IMG/VR virus record: IMGVR_UViG_3300017780_005927
Coordinates: 1-26,567 of that record
Reading direction: 5' to 3' (one strand)
Origin: a virus
Lineage: Duplodnaviria > Caudoviricetes
DNA: 26,567 bases
The notes under the pieces were generated by a model. That model saw only the letters and a program-made list of their open reading frames with translations, made no database searches and was not told the origin of the DNA. Below, piece after piece: positions 18,156-26,259 of the stretch (the first letter of the stretch is position 1; the number at the start of each line of letters is the position of its first letter). Position numbers and translations under genes: made by a program.

Positions 18156-18874
18156 CTTCCAAGTATGATGAAGAGCGTAAGTTTTGGGCCGACGAAATCT
18201 CTCGTTACGTGAAGTGGTATCGAGGAGAGATTAGATCAAAAGAAATGTACGGCGTTCGATGTCCCGATTCAAAGACTCAAATCCGCAGGTTTGAAACAGA
18301 ACAGTTGAATGCAATCGAGACATGGATCAATTGTGATAAGTGGAGATATTGCCGTCACTTGATCATCGAGCCAACATACTTCTCTGGAAAGATAATTCTT
18401 GAGGTTGGCTGTGGCCCACTTGGTCTTTCACGCTTTTTTGCAGGCGCAAAGGTGACAGGGATTGATCCTCTTCACACACACTACTCAGAGTGTGGGTATC
18501 CAATTCACATGAATTCAATAATCAACGAAGACCTTCGGATAGAAGACTTCAATGCTCCGGATGAATCGTTTGATGCTGTGATCTCTGTTAATGCGATTGA
18601 CCATGTTGATGACTTTAAGGCAGCGATCGCCCAGTGCGAGAGAGTTTGCCGATCAGACGGAGAGATCAGGATTGAAGTTCATTATCATGCAGCAACAGTG
18701 ACTGAGCCGCATGTCCTTACGGACAGCGATGTAGGAGCAGCATTTAGTAAATTCGCAGTTCGAAAAATATCTGAGAATCCTTCGTGGGTGTTTTACCCAA
18801 AAGGAACACATCCAGAATCTGACAGATTTGCGTTGTGGAGTAACAGAGATCACATCTACAGAGGAGCTTATTAA
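18152..18874 (+). CDS. class I SAM-dependent methyltransferase
   Basis: Motif I ILEVGCGPLG, GIDP, ESFDAVISVNAIDHV. Confidence 0.88.
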   Translation: MTSKYDEERKFWADEISRYVKWYRGEIRSKEMYGVRCPDSKTQIRRFETEQLNAIETWINCDKWRYCRHLIIEPTYFSGKIILEVGCGPLGLSRFFAGAKVTGIDPLHTHYSECGYPIHMNSIINEDLRIEDFNAPDESFDAVISVNAIDHVDDFKAAIAQCERVCRSDGEIRIEVHYHAATVTEPHVLTDSDVGAAFSKFAVRKISENPSWVFYPKGTHPESDRFALWSNRDHIYRGAY

Positions 18875-19812
18875 TGAACGAGTCAGATGCTCTAAGAAAA
18901 ATGGTTTCTCCTGGAATGAAACGCAAATCAGCGTTCAGAGGAGGAATTGTTCAAATCCACATCACACGCGCATGTGACAAGGCATGTTTTGGGTGTACGC
19001 AGGGGTCGAACCTTGGCGGAAAACTGACGATGATTAGTACGGACCTGTTCGCTCAGGCTGTCGATACTTTAAAGGATTATTTTGGAGTGGTTGGGATATT
19101 TGGTGGTAACCCTGCGATGCATCCGAAGTTCCCTGAGTTATGCGACATACTAAATGATCGGATCCCAAAAGAAAGATGCGGTTTATGGTGCAATCATCCA
19201 AAAGGTCACGGAGAAGTGATGCGGCGTACTTTCAATCCGAAAGTGTCAAACTTGAATGTACATCTGGATGTTGAGGCTTACGGCGAGTTTAAGCGTGATT
19301 GGCCCGAAAGTGATCCATTCGGACTACATGATGATTCTCGGCACTCTCCGGTGTACGTCGCAATGCAGGATGTGATCGCCGATGAATCGGAGCGATGGGA
19401 TCTGATTGCGAACTGCGACATTAACCAGAAGTGGTCGTCGATGATCGGCATGTTCCGAGGAGAACTTCGCGCTTGGTTCTGCGAGATCGCCGGAGCCCAG
19501 TCAATCTTGCATCAGTTTGATCCTGAATACCCTGATACGGGAGTTCCAGTAGTTGCAGGGTGGTGGAAACAACCAATGCAGTCATTTGCGGCACAGGTTA
19601 GACATCATTGCCATGGATGCGGAGTTCCTCTTCGAGGATACGGTAATCTGGCGATGAGCAAGTCTGGTGTCGAGCAGGTTTCTGCAACGCATGCGGATAT
19701 CTACAAGCCGAAGAAACCGGAACGTGAAGTGCAGTTTGTGGAACTCCGGTCGCAGATTTCTGAGCAGTCGCTGAAGTCAACGGTTGATTATGTAGGGAAC
19801 TCACACCGATGA
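18874..19812 (+). CDS. radical SAM protein with extra C-terminal Cys
   Basis: CDKACFGC (CxxxCxxC), FGGNPAMHP, WCNH. Additional Cys in NCD, FCEIAG and HCHGC could ligate an auxiliary cluster. Confidence 0.88.
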   Translation: MNESDALRKMVSPGMKRKSAFRGGIVQIHITRACDKACFGCTQGSNLGGKLTMISTDLFAQAVDTLKDYFGVVGIFGGNPAMHPKFPELCDILNDRIPKERCGLWCNHPKGHGEVMRRTFNPKVSNLNVHLDVEAYGEFKRDWPESDPFGLHDDSRHSPVYVAMQDVIADESERWDLIANCDINQKWSSMIGMFRGELRAWFCEIAGAQSILHQFDPEYPDTGVPVVAGWWKQPMQSFAAQVRHHCHGCGVPLRGYGNLAMSKSGVEQVSATHADIYKPKKPEREVQFVELRSQISEQSLKSTVDYVGNSHR

Positions 19813-20351
19813 ATCTTCGAGACAGGTCATGCATCGCTGACATCGCCAATGCACTTGACCTTGAAACAGCGGTCGAGATCGGAACACATCAGGCGGTGTT
19901 CGCGAAGTCGTTTATGAAAAGGTTTAGAGGGAAGATTACTCTGATTGATCCGTGGGAAGGATTTACAGAAGGGTTCAAAACTTACTTCCCTGCGTTAGAC
20001 CCTGAAAGCAGAAATCGCCTTATTGACCTTGATATTGCAAGAACTCAAATGGGCGAGTTTGGAGATCGAGTTGAATTCATCGTAGCAAAATCGGAAGATG
20101 TCGTTGATGACTTCCGAGACGACTCAGTCGGGATCGTATACATCGATGGACTGCACGATTATGAAAGTGTGAAGCGAGACATCAACAACTGGTATCAGAA
20201 GGTGAGGTGGGGTGGGATCATCTCAGGGCACGACTTCGACGCTTCTCTTCCTGGGGTTGTTAGAGCTGTCAACGAGTTTAAAAAAAAAAGGGGAATGCAG
20301 ATTTATTTAACGAGCGAAGACATGTGTAGTTGGTGGGGGATAAAAATATGA
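19809..20351 (+). CDS. SAM-dependent methyltransferase (Methyltransf_24-like)
   Basis: VEIGT, IDPW, VYIDGLHDYESVKRD, GGIISGHDF. Confidence 0.88.
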   Translation: MNLRDRSCIADIANALDLETAVEIGTHQAVFAKSFMKRFRGKITLIDPWEGFTEGFKTYFPALDPESRNRLIDLDIARTQMGEFGDRVEFIVAKSEDVVDDFRDDSVGIVYIDGLHDYESVKRDINNWYQKVRWGGIISGHDFDASLPGVVRAVNEFKKKRGMQIYLTSEDMCSWWGIKI

Positions 20352-21088
20352 TTAAGCCCCGCGCAATAACAGTTTGTGTAGACTACAGCGACATCCTTGC
20401 AATGACGCTGCCCTACAATAAACACTTTATAGAAGAATGTATGGTCGTCACGTCGATGACGGATCAGAAGACGGTTGACGTTGCACTGGAACACGGCGCG
20501 AGAGTCCACCAGACTGACACCTTCTACCGACGCAATGCCCACTTCAATAAGTTCGGCGCACTCGAAGAGGCACTGGACGTCTTCGGTCGTGAGGGGTGGT
20601 TGCTAATCATCGACGCAGACATCGCGATCCCAGAGAACCACCATGCATTCATTCCGCAGGAGGGGTTTATTTACACTCCGCATCGCAGGATCAAGGAGGA
20701 TCTTGACGGAGGGATTCCGGAGCAGAGGAAGTGGGCTCAATACAAGCGGCCAATGGTGAACGAGGAGTTTGCAGGATACTTCCAATTGTTCCACGGGTCG
20801 GATCAGTTCCTCGGGCCTGCGCCGTGGCATGCGACAGACTGGACATGGGCCGGTGGAGCAGATTCAGCGTTCCACAATAAGTGGCCAGTGACAAAGAAGG
20901 TTCGTCCTCCATTTGAAGTGTTGCACCTCGGGCCACCGTTTACGAATTGGGTAGGTCGCGCGAGCAAGTACGCAGACGGGACGTTCGATCCGAAGGCGAA
21001 AGAGAGGGAGACAAAAAGGGACATGCTGTTGCGGTCGAGGAAAACTGAAGGACCGTTGGATAGATTCAGAAAGGAGAAACTCCAATGA
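20348..21088 (+). CDS. GT-A fold glycosyltransferase
   Basis: ITVCVDYSDIL, FNKFG, LLIIDADI (DxD), GYFQLF, D..F. ATG 20348 overlaps the previous stop. Confidence 0.75.
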   Translation: MIKPRAITVCVDYSDILAMTLPYNKHFIEECMVVTSMTDQKTVDVALEHGARVHQTDTFYRRNAHFNKFGALEEALDVFGREGWLLIIDADIAIPENHHAFIPQEGFIYTPHRRIKEDLDGGIPEQRKWAQYKRPMVNEEFAGYFQLFHGSDQFLGPAPWHATDWTWAGGADSAFHNKWPVTKKVRPPFEVLHLGPPFTNWVGRASKYADGTFDPKAKERETKRDMLLRSRKTEGPLDRFRKEKLQ

Positions 21089-21936
21089 AGCTCATAATCG
21101 GAATCACAGTCGCCCCACGACCAGCAACGACATATCAGAGATGCGTCGAGTCCCTCGCCGGCGCCGGCGGTGCTCCAGTATTGTTTGCAGAACCCGGATG
21201 CTGCATCAACCACACGGAGTATCTCTGCGTCCAGCGGCCGGCAGTGGAGACGGAGAAACCGCTCTTTACACATTCACCGACAGGAGTCTTTGGGAACTTT
21301 CAAAACTGGATCCAGACGGCAATGGACCTGCTGGAGATCTCAGGTGACGCTGACACGATCATGATTGCTGAGGACGACGCTTTGTTCGCCTTTGGGATCG
21401 TACCGCTTCTGGAGCGAGATTTGTGGCCCTCAGCGGACTGTGGTGTTGTCAGCTTGTATTCACCGAACATGGCGCAGTACGCTGGTCAGCAAGGTTTGAA
21501 TAAGGCAAAGGTTCTTAAGGGAGAGATAGACAGTCGCCGGAACAATCTGGTAGGTGCATTGGCATTGGTGTTTCCGAGAGATGTGCTTGAGCAGCTTGTG
21601 AAAAAGCATACTTCGATGGACAGGTGGGGAGGAGCACATAACCAGCGATCAAAAGGAGTTCCTCCATGGGAACGTAAAGCAATTGACACATGGATCGGCA
21701 GAGAACTGGTGACCATGCAAAAAACGATCTGGCACTATTCTCCAAGTCTGGTGCTTCACTGGTCACCGCTGCCGGCCGGCCAGTCCAATTCATCTCTAGG
21801 ACATGATGCTCCACAAGGTAGTTCCAGCGTGAGGCAGTGCCGAGAATGGATCGGCGAGCACCCCGGAGATCTGTGCGCACTTTATCCACCAGCAAAGGAA
21901 CTGCATGTTACCAATCTACATCCGAGTCAGATCTGA
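21085..21936 (+). CDS. GT-A fold glycosyltransferase (GT2/GT25-like)
   Basis: IGITVAPR, IMIAEDDA, AIDTWIG, PSLVLH. Confidence 0.7.
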   Translation: MKLIIGITVAPRPATTYQRCVESLAGAGGAPVLFAEPGCCINHTEYLCVQRPAVETEKPLFTHSPTGVFGNFQNWIQTAMDLLEISGDADTIMIAEDDALFAFGIVPLLERDLWPSADCGVVSLYSPNMAQYAGQQGLNKAKVLKGEIDSRRNNLVGALALVFPRDVLEQLVKKHTSMDRWGGAHNQRSKGVPPWERKAIDTWIGRELVTMQKTIWHYSPSLVLHWSPLPAGQSNSSLGHDAPQGSSSVRQCREWIGEHPGDLCALYPPAKELHVTNLHPSQI

Positions 21937-22579
21937 ATACTTTGAACACGACAGCAGCCGTTACAGACTCGGGATCACTCAGAACACTCTATGCAAATCA
22001 CTCATCCATCAGACTGACAAGAAATTCTTTGTTCTTCTGAAACAGTCTCCGATGGATCCGTTTTTCACAAAAAGACTTGAGTCCTTCAGGAACGTCGTTA
22101 ACGACGAACCAGATTTCCCTCACATCGAGGTAGAAATTGGTGACGACGACTTTCTCTGCTCTACGTTCATCGAAACGATACGAAAGATTCCTTCTCCGCA
22201 GGAAAATTCGTTTCTGTCTTTCCCAAATGGATATATTTTTCTAAATGGGAAGATGACGGTGTTTAGGCAAAGAGACAATTTCGTGACTGTGACTTCGTGG
22301 ATGAATCCGGGGGAGCACGTTGGCAAAACGATCGATGCAAGTTTAGATGCAAGTTGGATCTACGTGCGACACAACATGAATTCAGTTGTGATTCCTGATA
22401 AATTTAGTGATGGCAAAAGGGTTAATGGCCTGAAGTGGGCTGGTTGGAAAGAATTGCTGGTTGCCAAGTATTGCAGAATTGAATTGAAGACAGCGACGAG
22501 CAATGGGTCCACGTTGCATCCTAGGAAAAGTAAGAGCGTTGTTATTGGTAAAGGCACTGGCGGAGCGAAAAGACGATGA
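21905..22579 (+). CDS. putative glycosyltransferase (rhamnosyltransferase-like)
   Basis: SLIHQTDKKF and IGDDDFL...FIETI resemble the SL.AQTD.DF / LDDDD motifs of the putative rhamnosyltransferase family. Confidence 0.55.
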   Translation: MLPIYIRVRSEYFEHDSSRYRLGITQNTLCKSLIHQTDKKFFVLLKQSPMDPFFTKRLESFRNVVNDEPDFPHIEVEIGDDDFLCSTFIETIRKIPSPQENSFLSFPNGYIFLNGKMTVFRQRDNFVTVTSWMNPGEHVGKTIDASLDASWIYVRHNMNSVVIPDKFSDGKRVNGLKWAGWKELLVAKYCRIELKTATSNGSTLHPRKSKSVVIGKGTGGAKRR

Positions 22580-22851
22580 TATTTGACTATGCGCTGGCGT
22601 GGCTGATTACATTTGGGATTTCATGGAGCATGGCAAACGCAGATGGTCCTTTCGCTCTATTCAAAAGGTTCCGAAAACGAGTCGAAATGAAGTATGGAGA
22701 ACAATCATGGCAGACTTCTGGAGTTAATTGTCCGATCTGCGTTAGTCTGTATGCCGCAATTCCTGTCGCATTTTTGATGGACGGAGGGGTTTCTATGTGG
22801 TTGAGTTGCTGGGGATTTGTTACGGTCATTGCGAGCGTATCCCCTGAATAA
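22576..22851 (+). CDS. small membrane protein (DUF1360-like)
   Basis: Hydrophobic segments, with DGPF..F.RFR and CPICVS motifs. Confidence 0.6.
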   Translation: MIFDYALAWLITFGISWSMANADGPFALFKRFRKRVEMKYGEQSWQTSGVNCPICVSLYAAIPVAFLMDGGVSMWLSCWGFVTVIASVSPE

Positions 22852-22913
22852 CCGTCCGGCAGTCTGGGCTGCGGTTCCTTCGGCCGTAGCCTGGGAACGC
22901 CACTGCCGGACGG
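22852..22913 (+). ncRNA. long GC-rich intergenic stem-loop (candidate cis-regulatory RNA)
   Basis: Perfect 12-bp outer stem CCGTCCGGCAGT/ACTGCCGGACGG, continued by a 12-bp inner stem with G-U pairs. No U-tract. Confidence 0.5.
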
Positions 22914-22933
22914 CCATTAAGGCAAAATCAATT

Positions 22934-23140
22934 ATGTTAGGCGAATCGTGGCGCACATCTCTGTTCGGCATCCTCGCAGGGCTTTCGATACTTATCAGCC
23001 AAGTGAAAACACTGCTAGATAAAGATCCAAGTACAAACATCGACATTTCCCTGATTATTGCAAGCATAACTGGGATTATTGCGGCGATCTCAGCACGCGA
23101 TAACAAGGTCACTTCGGAAGAAGCTGGAGCAGGAAGGTGA
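22934..23140 (+). CDS. putative holin (two TM helices)
   Basis: 68 aa: SWRTSLFGILAG, two hydrophobic helices and a charged C-terminal tail ARDNKVTSEEAG. Confidence 0.6.
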   Translation: MLGESWRTSLFGILAGLSILISQVKTLLDKDPSTNIDISLIIASITGIIAAISARDNKVTSEEAGAGR

Positions 23141-23538
23141 TCAAAACTGCTTTACTTGCGGCAATTGCCAGTATGCTTTTAAGCATTCCAGAACCACCAG
23201 TGACTGGATTGACGATCGACGGTAGAGTGGTTCGGGTTGTGGATGGCGATACTCTCGTTTGTGAGTCAGTGGTCCGATATCATGTGCGATTGATAGATTG
23301 CTGGTCGCCTGAAAGTCGAACGACAGACCTAGTCGAGAAAAAAAAAGGTTTGCAGTCTAAGCTAAGAATGACGGAACTGTCTGAAAATAAACGGGTGAGA
23401 ATACAGATCCCATTTGGCAATGAGGTCGGAGATTCGGTCACCATGGGACGTGTGCTTGGTCGTGTGTGGTTAGAGGATGGGCGTGATTTGTCCGAGATTA
23501 TGGTAACTGAAGGTTTAGCAACGAAGGCAAAGAAATGA
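23137..23538 (+). CDS. thermonuclease (SNase-like) with signal peptide
   Basis: RVVDGDT, VRLIDCWSPE, GRVLGRV, MVTEGLA. Hydrophobic N-terminus. Confidence 0.88.
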   Translation: MIKTALLAAIASMLLSIPEPPVTGLTIDGRVVRVVDGDTLVCESVVRYHVRLIDCWSPESRTTDLVEKKKGLQSKLRMTELSENKRVRIQIPFGNEVGDSVTMGRVLGRVWLEDGRDLSEIMVTEGLATKAKK

Positions 23539-23888
23539 AAACACTAGAAGAACAGTCGAGACTCGTGTCAGAGCGAATCGACATGCAGAAGTATGGGTTT
23601 GATCCCATGACGATTTTAACAGTGATAACCACTGTGCTCCCGCTTTTAATGTCTTGCTTCAACAGGAATGACGAGCAGAACAGTGAGGCAGTGCAGGCAA
23701 CATTCAAACGATACCATGAACACAACCCGGTGTCGCTCAGAAATCGCACGATGCGTCGAGTCCGCGCAGAGTCCGATGAAAACCTTACGAAGTCGCAAGC
23801 TTACGCCATTGCAGATGCAGTCATTGAACAAGCACTGGCAACGGACTCAGCCACAGCTTCTCTTTGTGCAGAGGAAGCAGGTGTATGA
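23535..23888 (+). CDS. hypothetical protein with one hydrophobic segment
   Basis: ATGA overlap. FDPMTILTVITTVLPLLMSC segment. Confidence 0.65.
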   Translation: MKTLEEQSRLVSERIDMQKYGFDPMTILTVITTVLPLLMSCFNRNDEQNSEAVQATFKRYHEHNPVSLRNRTMRRVRAESDENLTKSQAYAIADAVIEQALATDSATASLCAEEAGV

Positions 23889-24703
23889 AATACCTTGCAA
23901 TTCTGGTTTTGATTTTGCCTGCATTACAGGCTGAATCAAAAATCATTCTGCCAATGACCCCGGTGTTGACAGAGCCGAATCAACCTGCGCCGGTAATCGA
24001 CGTTTCTGTATCTAAACCGATCAGTCAATTAGTTATTGGCGAATGGTACGTTATCGAGTCGGATATTGAACTAATCGTTTTGCAATCCCCAGACAAACTG
24101 CTCACGATTGATGTGAGCACTGGCCCCGTAAAGGCGATGGGAAAGTTTTGCGACGGGAACGGTAAGGTTGAGTCTCGTGAATACAAACGTGCGTTCGTGT
24201 ACTTCGTGTCTTCGGAGAACCCCGGCAAGACAGAACTTATTTTGATACCTGTAGCCGTGGCCACACAAGCTGATATTGTGCGTCAGGTATTGACTGTCAG
24301 CGGAGTTGGGCCTCAGCCGCCTCCCGATATTTTGGTTCCGACTCCTGTTATTGTCGTTCCCTCTCCCGTTATTGTGCCCAGCAAGCTGCAAGTCGTGATC
24401 ATCGAAGACCCAGCAGAACGAGCCAATATCCCAGCAACTCAGATTGCGATTATGGACGGGGCAGAGCTTCGCGATTACTGCGAGACACATTGCACGATTA
24501 CCGATGGAACTCCAGATAAGCGTGTCCTGAGTGTCCGCCAAGACATCTCTGGACAACCTGAATGGGTGAAGCAGGCGTTTGCTGAACCTAGAACTTCGGT
24601 GCCTCTTCTTGTCATCTTGACACCTACCAAGAAGATATCCGGGCCTCTTCCAAAGACTATTGAAGAGACCATGACTGAGATCAAGAAATACGGAGGAGAA
24701 TAA
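23885..24703 (+). CDS. exported protein with Pro-rich linker
   Basis: Signal peptide MKYLAILVLILPALQA, GPQPPP..PTP..PSP linker, and a C-terminal alpha/beta domain. Confidence 0.7.
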   Translation: MKYLAILVLILPALQAESKIILPMTPVLTEPNQPAPVIDVSVSKPISQLVIGEWYVIESDIELIVLQSPDKLLTIDVSTGPVKAMGKFCDGNGKVESREYKRAFVYFVSSENPGKTELILIPVAVATQADIVRQVLTVSGVGPQPPPDILVPTPVIVVPSPVIVPSKLQVVIIEDPAERANIPATQIAIMDGAELRDYCETHCTITDGTPDKRVLSVRQDISGQPEWVKQAFAEPRTSVPLLVILTPTKKISGPLPKTIEETMTEIKKYGGE

Positions 24704-25491
24704 TGGCAGATTTTATTATCTCGGACGAAAACTGGGAAGCATACTGCCTACCGGATTCGCGCTGTGGAACATTGGCTCGCGACTTCGATCAGATGCCGTA
24801 TGGATCTATTCCTTCCGTTCCACCGGGGGCAGTCAAAACAATTCCGATGGAAGAGTGGCCGGATAGAATTGCGGACAAAGAGAAAACCAAATCAAGCTTA
24901 AAACATATTTGGGCGGATTCAAAGATTGGCGTTTTGAATCAGGGGTCTGTCAGTTACTGTCATGCGTTCAGTGTAGTCATGGTTGACATGATCAAACGGG
25001 AAGTACAGGGTTTGCCCTATGTAGAACTTTCAGCATCATCCGTAGGTGGTCCAGTTACTGGATGGCGGAATGCTGGAGCTTACATCCACGACGATTTGAA
25101 ACGAATAGTTTCACACGGCGCGTGTTCAACTGCATTCTGCCCTATGCTGACCACGTCTAAGTCTGATTGCAAAAGCGGGTGGGAAGCAGATGCTTCTAAG
25201 TACCAATGCAATGAGTTTACTGATGTGCGCCCACGAAATTTCCTTGAGCATGGATCTTTGTTGTTACAGAACCATCCAGTAGGAGTCGGTCTCAATTATT
25301 GGGGACATGCGGTAACTGATCTGGTTTTGCGAGATATGGACAAATCACGCAAAGCAACTGACTGGACAAGGTATGGAGTCGAGTTCCTTAATTCATGGGG
25401 CGCTGGCTACGGAAGCGGTGGCTTTGGTGTTCGCGTCGGCAACAAAGCCTTAGCTGATGCCATTTACGCAATGCTACAGGTGGAAGTATGA
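24703..25491 (+). CDS. papain-like (C1 family) cysteine peptidase
   Basis: NQGSVSYCHAFS (oxyanion Gln, catalytic Cys), WGHAV (His), FLNSWG (Asn). No signal peptide. Confidence 0.88.
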   Translation: MADFIISDENWEAYCLPDSRCGTLARDFDQMPYGSIPSVPPGAVKTIPMEEWPDRIADKEKTKSSLKHIWADSKIGVLNQGSVSYCHAFSVVMVDMIKREVQGLPYVELSASSVGGPVTGWRNAGAYIHDDLKRIVSHGACSTAFCPMLTTSKSDCKSGWEADASKYQCNEFTDVRPRNFLEHGSLLLQNHPVGVGLNYWGHAVTDLVLRDMDKSRKATDWTRYGVEFLNSWGAGYGSGGFGVRVGNKALADAIYAMLQVEV

Positions 25492-25734
25492 AAATAATAC
25501 TGTTGATGTTGTGTGTTTGTACCACAGTTTGTACCACAGTTTGTACCACAGTTTGTACCACAGTTTGTACCACAGTTTGTACCCATTAACTGATGCGATT
25601 TACGCAATACTACAGGTGGAAGCATGAAAATAATACTGTCGATGTTGTGTGTTTGTACCACAGTTTGTACCACAGTTTGTACCACAGTTTGTACCACAGT
25701 TTGTACCACAGTTTGTACCACAGTTTGTACCACA
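25450..25734 (+). repeat. diverged direct duplication (136-bp offset), each copy carrying a 12-bp tandem array GTTTGTACCACA
   Basis: Copy 1 starts 25450 with 5 full units (25515-25574) plus a 9-nt partial. Copy 2 starts 25586 with 7 units (25651-25734). Five substitutions in the ~65-bp unique part. Confidence 0.92.
25488..25589 (+). CDS. 33-aa peptide MKIILLMLC(VCTT)5VCTH, a truncated duplicate of the thioredoxin N-terminus
   Basis: ATGA overlap with the peptidase stop. TAA at 25587-25589. Confidence 0.45.
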   Translation: MKIILLMLCVCTTVCTTVCTTVCTTVCTTVCTH

Positions 25735-26259
25735 GCTTCTGCGCAATCTTTTCTTGTGACGGATCGAGTAAATGCTTTTTCTGTCAGCGAACGGGATGAG
25801 GAGAGATATTACGCTGTGATGTGGACTGCTAAATGGTGCGGTCCATGCCAATCGTTTAAGAATTCAGGGAAGCTGGATAAACTCAAGGAACTATGTCCTG
25901 TCACCGTAGTAGACATCGACGAGAATCCAGAATGGAAGAAAAAGATTCGCGTACTTCCGACGTTTTGGTTAGCACGACGCAGTGACAGGAAAATGTTAAA
26001 AGAATGGACTGGGTCTGTAGAGGTGTCTCAGATTGCAGATGAGTTGAAAACCATTAAACTCAAACAAACTGCAAGAATATCGAGCGCGAACTTGTTATTT
26101 AGACGACACGGAACATCGCATGAATCAAGATCCACATTGATAGAGCATTTGTCCTTGGATGGCATTCATCGTGGGAAACATGCAGTCGCTAGACTTTATG
26201 AGATGAGTGACACTGAGCTCAACGACCTGCACCAAAAAGATCATGGATGGAACAACTAA
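25624..26259 (+). CDS. exported thioredoxin-like protein with (VCTT)7 in the signal region and a His-rich C-terminal domain
   Basis: WTAKWCGPC active site, cis-Pro segment VLPTF, ASA-Q possible signal peptidase site. Confidence 0.85.
   Translation: MKIILSMLCVCTTVCTTVCTTVCTTVCTTVCTTVCTTASAQSFLVTDRVNAFSVSERDEERYYAVMWTAKWCGPCQSFKNSGKLDKLKELCPVTVVDIDENPEWKKKIRVLPTFWLARRSDRKMLKEWTGSVEVSQIADELKTIKLKQTARISSANLLFRRHGTSHESRSTLIEHLSLDGIHRGKHAVARLYEMSDTELNDLHQKDHGWNN

Noticed and set aside
20280-20289. A10 tract in the methyltransferase as a frameshift fusion to the next glycosyltransferase
   Set aside because: The GT frame has a TAG at 20327-20329, so no fusion is possible. The tract is explained by Lys codons. 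Phase variation is unsupported without reads.
21156-21169. Perfect palindrome CGCCGGCGCCGGCG
   Set aside because: Lies inside a CDS and arises from Ala-Gly codons. Single occurrence.
15928-22579. Block as a DNA hypermodification or O-antigen conversion locus
   Set aside because: No base hydroxymethylase, kinase or 7-deazaguanine genes, and no GtrA/GtrB or polytopic membrane transferases. It sits in the late structural operon. Disfavoured rather than excluded.
23338-23346. A9 tract in the nuclease gene
   Set aside because: Encodes KKK in an intact frame.
25450-25650. Diverged duplicate as a DGR template/variable repeat pair
   Set aside because: Differences include C/G and T/C and are not confined to adenines on one strand. 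No reverse transcriptase in the window.
25515-25734. 12-bp repeat arrays as a CRISPR array or replication iterons
   Set aside because: Units are head-to-tail with no spacers, too short for CRISPR, with no cas or rep genes. They are in frame within a coding start.
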